A DNA stretch of 64,000 nucleotides from an uncultured Bacilli bacterium (GTDB taxonomy: Bacteria; Bacillota_I; Bacilli_A; RF39; UBA660): contig CANRFG010000003.1 of NCBI GenBank assembly GCA_947629815.1, forward strand, positions 7,148 to 71,147, in the 5' to 3' direction. The position numbers and the translations under genes were made by a program. Of this stretch, positions 39,019 to 47,251 are shown in pieces. The notes beneath the pieces were generated by a model. It was not told the DNA's origin. It did not search any database and saw only the letters and a list, made by a program, of their open reading frames with translations. Position 1 is the first letter of the stretch. Every line of letters begins with the position of its first letter.

Positions 39019-40760
39019 GGGGCTGAGTAGAAATGAATAATTTCTATTCAGTTCTTTTTTTGCTTTGGAAAAGGAAATTTTTCGAAGTTTAAATTGTTTG
39101 GTGTATCCCAATAATTACCTTTTAATTTATTGCCATCTAAAGTAGAAAAATATTTTCTTATGTTGGCACCTAAGCACATAAGCATAATCTCACAAGAAAC
39201 TTTATTTAAACCTCGTCTTCTTATTCTATCATAATTCATATTATTTTTTATTTGTCCAAATGCACCTTCTACTTGGATGCTTCTGTTTATTCTTATTTCT
39301 ATTCCTCTTGGACTTTGTAAATTTTTTCTAGCTTCTTCTTTTAATAATTCATATTCTGGTACTAGTTCATATAATCTATAATCGTAGCTTTTATTTTTTA
39401 AGTTTTTCTTACAGACATAAGAATAATTACAATTGTTACAACCAACAAATTTATAAAGTTTACTATTTTTATATCTTTGATGTCTAATACCATCAAATGA
39501 TATTTCTTCTCCGATACAAGTATTTAAACACATAACTCCATCATTAAAAGTATAAAATAATTGGGGCCTTTTTCCATCAGCTTCACCACTCCATGTAGAA
39601 TGTTTAACGTAATTTTTTATATTGTGATTTTTCATATATTGATAATTTTCATACATTCCATATCCTGAATCTGCACATTCATTTTTAGGATATTCTTCAT
39701 AATATTTATAATATAGGTCATTCATTGGGATAAAAGTATAGAAATCATCTCGATTTTGAAATACTCCATACATTGTTATTAACCCACTTGATACCATTAC
39801 TTGTATATTATATCCTGCATGAAAATCATGACTGCTTTTTGAATAATAATCTTCCTTTAATACCATCGCAGTGGCATCTTTATCAGTTTTGTAATAAGAA
39901 TTCCTATTTTCACCACATATTGTTTCTTTTTCTTCGTATTCAAGTAACTTGATTAAATATTGATAAGCTAATTTATAATTTCTTTGTTCTTTAGTTAATC
40001 GTTTACCTTTACCCGTGGGAATAGAATTAATATCTATATTTTCTCTTACAACATACTCTTTTATTAGCTCATTTAACTCAAATGATTTTATTTTATTTTT
40101 TATTTCAATTCCCATTTTAAGTAATAGTTCTTTAATCTTAATATCTAATTTTTTATGGTAAGTAGTTGGCTTCCATACAAATTTATATTTATTCGCATTT
40201 GCTTCTATTTTTGTTCCATCATTATATTGAATATCTATATTAACATTAAGATCTTCTATAATTGCTTTTGTAATCATAGTAAATATTTCATATTGATAAG
40301 GGACTATATATTTATTAATGCAATCCTTTATTGAACTGTCACTTGGTTGTTGTTGTTCCATTAAATAAATAACTCTTAAATCAAATTGACATAGATTTTC
40401 TATTTCTCGTAAACTACCTTTAAATTTTGAAAAACAATAAATAATAGTTGCAATTAAATTAAATGGATTGTATCCTTTTCTTCCAACGTCACTTTGAACG
40501 TTTTTTATTATCAATCCTATTCCTGAGTTATTCAAAATTTCAAGGAATTTATCAATTTTATCAAATTCCTCACAGCATTTCACTGAGGGGACTATGAAAA
40601 TTGGTCTTTTTGTGTTAAAATATCCCATGTGATACATCTTCTTTCGTCAATTAGATTGTATCACGAATTGGTCTTGAAGTCTTATGATTTCAGGACTTTT
40701 TATTTTTTGGAATAAATTAAAAAAGAACTGAATAGAAATTATTCATTTCTACTCAGCCCC
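39019..40760 (-). mobile_element. IS1182-family insertion sequence, copy 2 (identical to copy 1, same orientation), nested inside the integrative element
   Basis: Same inverted repeats as copy 1 and an identical 529-aa transposase ORF at 39048..40637. Confidence 0.8.
39048..40637 (-). CDS. IS1182-family transposase (copy 2)
   Basis: Identical translation to the ORF at 33699..35288. Confidence 0.75.
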   Translation of the reverse strand: MYHMGYFNTKRPIFIVPSVKCCEEFDKIDKFLEILNNSGIGLIIKNVQSDVGRKGYNPFNLIATIIYCFSKFKGSLREIENLCQFDLRVIYLMEQQQPSDSSIKDCINKYIVPYQYEIFTMITKAIIEDLNVNIDIQYNDGTKIEANANKYKFVWKPTTYHKKLDIKIKELLLKMGIEIKNKIKSFELNELIKEYVVRENIDINSIPTGKGKRLTKEQRNYKLAYQYLIKLLEYEEKETICGENRNSYYKTDKDATAMVLKEDYYSKSSHDFHAGYNIQVMVSSGLITMYGVFQNRDDFYTFIPMNDLYYKYYEEYPKNECADSGYGMYENYQYMKNHNIKNYVKHSTWSGEADGKRPQLFYTFNDGVMCLNTCIGEEISFDGIRHQRYKNSKLYKFVGCNNCNYSYVCKKNLKNKSYDYRLYELVPEYELLKEEARKNLQSPRGIEIRINRSIQVEGAFGQIKNNMNYDRIRRRGLNKVSCEIMLMCLGANIRKYFSTLDGNKLKGNYWDTPNNLNFEKFPFPKQKKN

Positions 40761-40854
40761 TTAATTATTGCTATATATCGCTCGTACGAGGGGGTATAGT
40801 TTAGTAATTTGTACTTGACTTTTCAAAAAATCGGTCGCCACCTCGTATATTGAT

Positions 40855-41397
40855 TTAGTCAGTTCTATAATATTGTTTAAGGCTTCCGTCAGTATCGTCC
40901 CTCTCATATAGTTCGTCATAATCATTATTGTATTGAAAATGCTCGTGAAAATCAGTATCTTCTTCCATATACAAGAAAATATCATTATCCTCATTTGCAT
41001 AAACATCTATTTTTCCTTTGTAAGAGTATTTAAAATCGTCATTACCTTGATAAATAAAACCACTTGTTTTTTTAAATGTTTTGTTTTCAGAAAAAGTTAT
41101 AATATCATAACTTATGCCACCATTTGTTTTTGATGTTTTTCTATATTCCCAAGTCCCAACAATTTTATCAAGTAGTTTTTCCTCTTGTTTATGCTTTATA
41201 CTTTCCGTAAACAAAATAAATGATACTATGCCAACTATAAATACCGAAATAACACTAATAATCGGCACAATAATTTTAAAAGCCTTTGACTTTTCTTTTT
41301 TTGCTTTTTCTTTTTTATAAACAAAACCACAATGAGGACATCGCTTTGCACTATCACTTATTTCTTTGCCACACTCTTTACATTTAATTAGAGCCAT
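40855..41397 (-). CDS. zinc-ribbon domain membrane protein, paralog 3 (with C-terminal soluble domain)
   Basis: N-terminus MALIKCKECGKEISDSAKRCPHCG (CxxC...CxxC), one TM helix, then a roughly 110-aa extracytoplasmic domain. Confidence 0.55.
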   Translation of the reverse strand: MALIKCKECGKEISDSAKRCPHCGFVYKKEKAKKEKSKAFKIIVPIISVISVFIVGIVSFILFTESIKHKQEEKLLDKIVGTWEYRKTSKTNGGISYDIITFSENKTFKKTSGFIYQGNDDFKYSYKGKIDVYANEDNDIFLYMEEDTDFHEHFQYNNDYDELYERDDTDGSLKQYYRTD

Positions 41398-41839
41398 TTT
41401 TTTCGCTCCTTAAAACCATTAAATATAATAAAATATAAATTGTATAATTATTGATAAAATCCATCAATACTTTTAATATTCCATAGTATTTAAGAGTAAA
41501 ACCAAGTTGTAAAAAAATATATGTAATCATATTTATTGTCAAAACAATTCCTACTACGATTTTTAAAATTGGCAATTTCATTTTAGCCATAAAGAAAATT
41601 AACCATAAAATTGCAATGTTAGTAATATTATAAATTGTTTGTATTGTTAAAGGGAAAATACTAGGTATCATACAAAGGGTATAAAGGCTCAATAAAATTA
41701 TTATTCCTATATCTATATTGCTAATTTTTCCTTTTTTCTTTTCAATTCTTTTTGTTTTTATTTCAATACCACAATGAGGGCAAGTTTTTAATGTATCACT
41801 CATTTCTTTGCCACACTCGGTACACTTAATTAAAGCCAT
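41384..41839 (-). CDS. zinc-ribbon domain membrane protein, paralog 2 (4 TM)
   Basis: N-terminus MALIKCTECGKEMSDTLKTCPHCG, followed by a polytopic membrane region. Overlaps paralog 3 by 14 nt. Confidence 0.55.
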   Translation of the reverse strand: MALIKCTECGKEMSDTLKTCPHCGIEIKTKRIEKKKGKISNIDIGIIILLSLYTLCMIPSIFPLTIQTIYNITNIAILWLIFFMAKMKLPILKIVVGIVLTINMITYIFLQLGFTLKYYGILKVLMDFINNYTIYILLYLMVLRSEKNGSN

Positions 41840-41854
41840 TTTTTGCTCCTTTCT

Positions 41855-41941
41855 TTATTTCTTCTTATTTAGAATAATAGCAACTATAATACCAACAACT
41901 ATTGCTACTACTACACAAATTAAAATTGGTAAAAACATCAT
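41855..41941 (-). CDS. 28-aa hydrophobic peptide ORF with strong RBS (MMFLPILICVVVAIVVGIIVAIILNKKK)
   Basis: AAGGAG RBS sits 7 nt upstream of the ATG on the minus strand. A single TM helix with a KKK tail. Lies between zinc-ribbon paralogs 1 and 2. Confidence 0.3.
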   Translation of the reverse strand: MMFLPILICVVVAIVVGIIVAIILNKKK

Positions 41942-41956
41942 ATAAAATCACTCTCC

Positions 41957-42361
41957 TTAATATGTTGAATATATAATTATCCACAAAAAGCCTATGAATA
42001 AAAAGACACTACTTATTATGACGGAAATAAGCCCCATTGTTTTAGCACTATTTTGTTTTCCTTTATTTGAATTTAAAACAATGATACCTAAAACTAAACT
42101 AACTATTGATGTGATACCAAAGAACGAACATATAAGAGAGGCTAAAGCCATATTGTAATTTTCGCCTCTTTCGTCAGTTGTCTTATTGTTGCTATTAGTT
42201 TGAAAAGCATACCCACAATTAGGACACATTGTTGCTTTACGACTTAATTGTTTATCACACTCAGGGCAAAACATTATATTGTTTTCAACACCACAATTAG
42301 GGCATATTTTTGCGTGGTCGCTCATTTCTTTTCCACACTCATTGCACTTAATCATTGCCAT
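41957..42361 (-). CDS. double zinc-ribbon membrane protein, paralog 1 (DUF4190-like C-terminus)
   Basis: N-terminus MAMIKCNECGKEMSDHAKICPNCG, then a second ribbon CPECD...CPNCG, then two TM helices. Confidence 0.55.
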   Translation of the reverse strand: MAMIKCNECGKEMSDHAKICPNCGVENNIMFCPECDKQLSRKATMCPNCGYAFQTNSNNKTTDERGENYNMALASLICSFFGITSIVSLVLGIIVLNSNKGKQNSAKTMGLISVIISSVFLFIGFLWIIIYSTY

Positions 42362-42472
42362 ACATAAAACCTCCTTTCTTCCACATCTCTATTATAACAC
42401 ATTTTATCTACGAACGATAGATAAAGAAAGCCGATTTTTCTTGAGATAATTATATAGAGAGGTGGTGAGGCT

Positions 42473-42724
42473 ATGACGGACAACAAAAAAGACGAAAACT
42501 ATATCTATTATATTATCGGTCAAAATTTGAAAAGACTACGAAAAGAAAAAGGCTTTACCCAAGAAAAACTTGCCGAGGCGAGCAATTATGCTTTAAGTTT
42601 TATTGGCAATTTAGAAAGTGATAAAGTGTTTCAAACGGCTTCCGTTGGTAGCCTTTACCATATAGCCAAGATTTTAAAAATCGATATAAGAGAGTTATTC
42701 GTCCCAATAGACGAAAATAAGTAG
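42473..42724 (+). CDS. XRE-family HTH regulator divergent from the zinc-ribbon operon
   Basis: Reads IGQNLKRLRKEKGFTQEKLAEASNY. Confidence 0.65.
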   Translation: MTDNKKDENYIYYIIGQNLKRLRKEKGFTQEKLAEASNYALSFIGNLESDKVFQTASVGSLYHIAKILKIDIRELFVPIDENK

Positions 42725-42849
42725 ATGTGTAGTACATCTTTTTTTATTGCCAAAAAGGGCTTTTATTTGCCTACTATTTAAGTGATAAAGTTAGAGGGGT
42801 ATATTTTATAATACTTTTATTTAAAGCAACAAAAAAGGCTTAAAACACA

Positions 42850-43593
42850 TTATTTAGTGCTAGCCTTTAAGTATTGCTCGATGTCAAACTTATCAATGTT
42901 TTTGACATCTATTTTTTTATAGTTATTTATTAGAAAATCTTTGACTATTCCAACAAACTCATTTTTTGCATTTTCATTATCATTAAATAAAAAGTTCCAG
43001 TCGTTTGTGTATTCTTCGTCATATAGGTATTTGAATATAGAAAAGCCAATACTTTCTTTCGTTTCGTGATAGATATATTTTTTTACAAGTTGCATTGTGT
43101 TATTTGTCATAAGACTTGTTTCTTTTTCTTTGCTTTCAGTATCATAGATTATTATTTTATCTTTGCTTAATTCTTCGAGCATAGGTACAATATATTTGTT
43201 TATATAATCATTTACTTTTGTATTATAAGTAAATTGTTTTATAACACTTTCTCTTATTCTATTTGCTATATCTTTTTTAAGTTTAACATCTCCCTTATCT
43301 AAAAAGCCAATTTCTTCGTCCTTTAACATATTAGGGGCTTTGTTTTCTTCGTTTACTTGTGCGAATAATATTGTCATATCTACTGCCGAAGATGTCATAT
43401 TTTGCGAGTAGATTATTTCTTCTTTTTTATTTGTTGTTCCTATTAAATCATAAATATTTATTTTAGGCATTATATAAGTATTAACAAAATCATTGGCTTT
43501 ATTTATAAGTGTTTGTTCTTCACTTGTGTTTTTTCGATTCTTTGCTCTTGTTTGATTTTCTTCGTTTAATTTTTTAATAACATTTATTGCCAT
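42850..43593 (-). CDS. hypothetical protein (element cargo; second gene of a two-gene operon)
   Basis: 247 aa. No recognisable motif. Its start abuts the stop of the upstream 372-aa ORF. Confidence 0.45.
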   Translation of the reverse strand: MAINVIKKLNEENQTRAKNRKNTSEEQTLINKANDFVNTYIMPKINIYDLIGTTNKKEEIIYSQNMTSSAVDMTILFAQVNEENKAPNMLKDEEIGFLDKGDVKLKKDIANRIRESVIKQFTYNTKVNDYINKYIVPMLEELSKDKIIIYDTESKEKETSLMTNNTMQLVKKYIYHETKESIGFSIFKYLYDEEYTNDWNFLFNDNENAKNEFVGIVKDFLINNYKKIDVKNIDKFDIEQYLKASTK

Positions 43594-43594
43594 A

Positions 43595-44713
43595 CTAACT
43601 CAACCTTTCGTATAGATTTTTATTTCTTTCAATAATTGCTTGTACTTTATCAAAAGCCTTTTTAAAATTGGCTTGCTTTTGTTCTTCCGTTTCAGTTTGT
43701 AAAACTACCAATTCATAAGCCTCTTTTAAATCAATAACTATTTTATTGATAAGCATATTACTTGCTATTGCTTTTATGTTTCCGTCAATTATATCTTTCA
43801 TTGTAGTTATAAAGTAGTAATAATCAAACTTGTTTATGTAGTCGGTCATTTCAATATTGTATGCTATTTCTTTAGGTAGTTGTTCCGTTAGTTTTTGACT
43901 AACTAAAATAATTAAATCTAAAAACTTTTCGCTATTCTTTTTGAATAAGTCATTATCTTTAATATCAAGATGTAATAAAGAAAGATAGGCTTTGTAGTAT
44001 TCTTCAGGACTAGATTTTTCGCTTAAATCAAACTCAATAGGCTCTTTATCATATAAAGTTTTTACGATGCCATTATTTGCATAGGCTACCAAGTCGTAAA
44101 TAAAGCCTATATATTGCATTTCTTCCTTTGTTAAGTCAATTCCATAGGTATTAACAAAATCACTCTTATATTGGCTTTTAAAAGCCTTATAATCGGTATA
44201 TAAATTATTAAATTTACTTATAAATATTTTGTAGTTGCTATCTTTGTTTTTTTCGTATTCAATACCACCTTTTACAACACTATCAAAACCGATATTTTCT
44301 AGTTGTTGCATTTCTTCTTCAATTTCAATTTTAAAAGTATCTATATATTTATCGTTATAAGATAATTTTTCATACCAAGCAATAAACTTGTTATATAAAA
44401 TTCTCGTGTTGCTATCGATTAAAGCCTTTAATGTCCTTACACTATATTTGTTTCGGTCGTCGTCCTCGCTTTTATAAATTATCTTTTCAAGTATTATTTG
44501 TATTTCGTCTTGTTTTTCCTTTTTGCTTTTATTACTATCGGCAAAAAGTATGTTATTTATTATTATAAGAGTTTTATATACATCTAGCATTATATCGTAT
44601 TGCTCTTTGTATTCTTTTCTAAAATCAGTTATGCCGAGTTCTCGTTCTATTGTATTTATATACTTGCTATTGCGAAAAATATCGTCATTTAAAGTATTAT
44701 GTCTTTTTCCCAT
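43595..44713 (-). CDS. hypothetical protein (element cargo; first gene of a two-gene operon)
   Basis: 372 aa, all-helical composition. No recognisable motif. Confidence 0.45.
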   Translation of the reverse strand: MGKRHNTLNDDIFRNSKYINTIERELGITDFRKEYKEQYDIMLDVYKTLIIINNILFADSNKSKKEKQDEIQIILEKIIYKSEDDDRNKYSVRTLKALIDSNTRILYNKFIAWYEKLSYNDKYIDTFKIEIEEEMQQLENIGFDSVVKGGIEYEKNKDSNYKIFISKFNNLYTDYKAFKSQYKSDFVNTYGIDLTKEEMQYIGFIYDLVAYANNGIVKTLYDKEPIEFDLSEKSSPEEYYKAYLSLLHLDIKDNDLFKKNSEKFLDLIILVSQKLTEQLPKEIAYNIEMTDYINKFDYYYFITTMKDIIDGNIKAIASNMLINKIVIDLKEAYELVVLQTETEEQKQANFKKAFDKVQAIIERNKNLYERLS

Positions 44714-44850
44714 AAAAAGCCCTCCATACTTAAATTATACCACGAAAAAAGGCTATCTCATATAAGATAACCTTTGTTTTAGTTTAGATTAAGTTTAATT
44801 TAGTTTGTTTATAGTTTAAATTAGTTTTTCAATAGTTTAATTTAGTCTAA

Positions 44851-45111
44851 TTAACTCAAAATAGAGTTTAATTCAACAAAGTTGTCATATTCTTTTTTTA
44901 TAGCCTTGTATAAACTAGCAACTCTATTATCAATACTATTTTTAGAGCCATTTTTTTGTTGTTGATTTGCTACATATTTAGCAAATTTATTCAAAGTTGT
45001 TTTTGATACCTCTCTTTCAGTATATTTGTTAAGCATAACCTCAACCATAGCACCTTTAATATCACTTAAATCTAAAACCTCTTTAACATTTTTATCTAAC
45101 ATCTTAATCAC
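44851..45111 (-). CDS. hypothetical small protein
   Basis: 86-aa ORF in the element. Confidence 0.35.
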   Translation of the reverse strand: MIKMLDKNVKEVLDLSDIKGAMVEVMLNKYTEREVSKTTLNKFAKYVANQQQKNGSKNSIDNRVASLYKAIKKEYDNFVELNSILS

Positions 45112-45407
45112 TTTCCTTTCTTTGTGGGGCTACCACTTTTTCGTTAGATTTTCACAAACTTTTCAACCGGTTTCTTCGTTTGTGATTACATCTTACCAAG
45201 AAAATACCTAAAAAAAAGTATCAAGAAACAAGTAAAAGTGTACCATTTCAAAAATACTAATTGCCTTTATTTACGGGCTTTTCTTAATTTTTAAGACCGA
45301 TTTTTCGAATAAATAATCAAAAAATAAATAAAAATTTTTTGATATTTTTTTATTCTTCTAGCCCCGTATTTTTTCTTATTTATATATATAGGCTGTTGGA
45401 CGAAAAA

Positions 45408-45447
45408 AGTATCATAAACTATCACAAAGTATCACAAACTATCATAA
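45408..45447. repeat. four tandem 10-bp iteron-like repeats (agtatcataa actatcacaa agtatcacaa actatcataa) next to an AT-rich stretch
   Basis: Read directly. Same unit as the repeats at 36943-36972. An AT-rich tract lies upstream at 45312-45350. Confidence 0.6.
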
Positions 45448-45639
45448 AATTTTACAATAAATTTTGTATTTTCAACTCGATAAATCGGTTAAGTATTTTT
45501 ATCTAGCCCTTATAATATGGGCTTTTTTAATGTTTTAAATTAGTACAAAGTTATTATTTTTTAGTACGAGATTAAAGGCTTTCTTAATTGCTAAACTCTA
45601 ATTGTTCGAACGGAAAATCAATGAATTGGAGGTTTAACA

Positions 45640-45837
45640 ATGACAAAAGAAATTTGTAATTTAAAAGATTTATCAAACTATTTAAAAATATCTATTTCGG
45701 AAATTAGAAAGTTAGTACGAGAAAGAAAAATACCACATTTTAGAATCGGCAATCGTATTATGTTTGATTTAAAAAGTATAAATACTTGGCTTGAAAATTT
45801 ACAAGAAAAAGAAAGCAAAACATCTCTATTTTACTAG
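45640..45837 (+). CDS. xis: excisionase / AlpA-family HTH protein
   Basis: 65 aa with the HTH LSNYLKISISEIRKLVRERKIPHFRIGNRIMF. Lies immediately upstream of the integrase gene. Confidence 0.6.
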   Translation: MTKEICNLKDLSNYLKISISEIRKLVRERKIPHFRIGNRIMFDLKSINTWLENLQEKESKTSLFY

Positions 45838-45909
45838 GAAAAATAAGAAAAATATGATATAATTATAAGTAGATAGAGATTGTTTTATCAAATGTTAGGA
45901 GGAAAGAAA

Positions 45910-47025
45910 ATGATAAAACAACTATCAAAAAATAAATATAAAATAATAGCAGAAATTGGCTACACTATGGACGGCAAAAGAAAAAGAAAAACGGAAATTT
46001 TTGAGGGTACTAAAAAGCAAGCCGAAACAAGAGAATTTGAAATTAAGCAACAATATTCTAAAAAAGGCTTTATTACTGATAGTAAAAATTTAACCTTTGA
46101 AGATTATGGAAAAATTTTCATTAAGCATTATTGCGAAGGAAATATTGGTGCTAAAACTATGGACGGCTATCTATCAATGCTAGAAAAAATCAATTCGTAT
46201 CTAGGAAATTGGCAATTAAAAAGTATCGAAACATTTACTTTAACACAACTATATAAGAAATTAAAAAAAGGTACTAGAAAAGATGTTGTTACCAATAACA
46301 CTTTATTGCATTATTACAATCTTATCAATTTAATGTTTACACAAGCAGTTAAGTGGAATTTTATTGATAGCAACCCAAATTCAAATATTCCTAGACCAAA
46401 GAAAGAAAAACATCTAGCCGAGTGTTACGATATCGACCAAATACATACATTATTAAATGGCTTAACAAACGAGTGCTTAAAATATCAAGCCTTAATTATT
46501 CTAGCCATTGACTCGGGAGCAAGGAGGAGCGAGATATTGGCTCTTACTTGGAAAGATATTGATTTTGATACCAAAGTATTAACTATCAATAAATCACTAG
46601 ATGTTATTAGAGGCGAGTTTATAGAAAAAGCAACAAAAAATGATACATCAACAAGAAAAATGGTATTAACTGATACCACTATAAATGTATTAAAAGCCTA
46701 TCGTGAAGAATTAAAAACATCTAATACTTGGAAAGAAACAAACAAATTATTTCTAGCAAAAGACGGAAAACCTATGTACCCAACAACTTGTGGCAAAATT
46801 TTTCAAAAAGTAGCCGTTAAAAATGGACTACCTAAAATTAACTTTCACTCATTAAGACATAGTTCGGCAAGTTTACAAATTGCTTTAGGTGTTCACACAA
46901 AATTGATACAAGAAAGAATGGGGCATTCTTCTATGGCAGTTACAACAAGTATTTACTCACATATTTTTCAAGCCAATAGGACGGAGGTTGCTAACAAGTT
47001 AAATGGTGCTTTATCACTCAATTAG
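45910..47025 (+). CDS. int: site-specific tyrosine recombinase (phage-type integrase)
   Basis: C-terminal catalytic region ARRSEILAL...HSLRHSSASL...HSSMAVTTSIYSH (R..H..R/H..Y). AGGAGG RBS at 45897 precedes the ATG at 45910. Confidence 0.9.
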   Translation: MIKQLSKNKYKIIAEIGYTMDGKRKRKTEIFEGTKKQAETREFEIKQQYSKKGFITDSKNLTFEDYGKIFIKHYCEGNIGAKTMDGYLSMLEKINSYLGNWQLKSIETFTLTQLYKKLKKGTRKDVVTNNTLLHYYNLINLMFTQAVKWNFIDSNPNSNIPRPKKEKHLAECYDIDQIHTLLNGLTNECLKYQALIILAIDSGARRSEILALTWKDIDFDTKVLTINKSLDVIRGEFIEKATKNDTSTRKMVLTDTTINVLKAYREELKTSNTWKETNKLFLAKDGKPMYPTTCGKIFQKVAVKNGLPKINFHSLRHSSASLQIALGVHTKLIQERMGHSSMAVTTSIYSHIFQANRTEVANKLNGALSLN

Positions 47026-47201
47026 ACAACATTTTTAAAATTTCGGCACCTTTTCGGCACCCATTATCAAAAATAGCCTATTGTATAACCAATAAAAAAA
47101 TGCTATAATATATATGACAAATCCCAAAAACCCCTATAAAATAAGGGAATAATTGGTAGTATGTCTTATCATTAAATTGGTGTTGTCGTTGTATATAGCC
47201 C

Positions 47202-47251
47202 ACTGACTCTTAATCAGTGGGTCTAGGGTTCGAATCCCTAACAGTCCACCA
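47202..47251 (+). other. attR: 17-bp core plus the 3' half of the split tRNA-Lys (variable loop, T-arm, acceptor ACAGTCC, CCA)
   Basis: cactgactcttaatcagtgggtctagggttcgaatccctaacagtccacca. The 54-bp region is an imperfect direct repeat (2 mismatches) of 36746-36798. Confidence 0.65.

Larger units (their letters stand above)
36673..47218 (+). mobile_element. integrative element of about 10.5 kb (including a nested IS copy) inserted in the anticodon stem-loop of a tRNA-Lys gene
   Basis: Identical 17-bp core at 36673-36689 and 47202-47218. The split tRNA halves outside the cores fit together (GGACTGT...ACAGTCC). Tyrosine integrase sits at the right end. Two Xis-like genes, a RepL-like gene, iterons and an XRE regulator lie inside. 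Confidence 0.6.

Noticed and set aside
40761-41006. 81-aa ORF on the minus strand overlapping zinc-ribbon paralog 3
   Set aside because: It overlaps the better-supported 40855..41397 gene in another frame. No RBS and no motif.
45880-45909. Integrase N-terminal extension MFYQMLGGKK
   Set aside because: The AGGAGG RBS lies inside this extension and is optimally spaced for the ATG at 45910.
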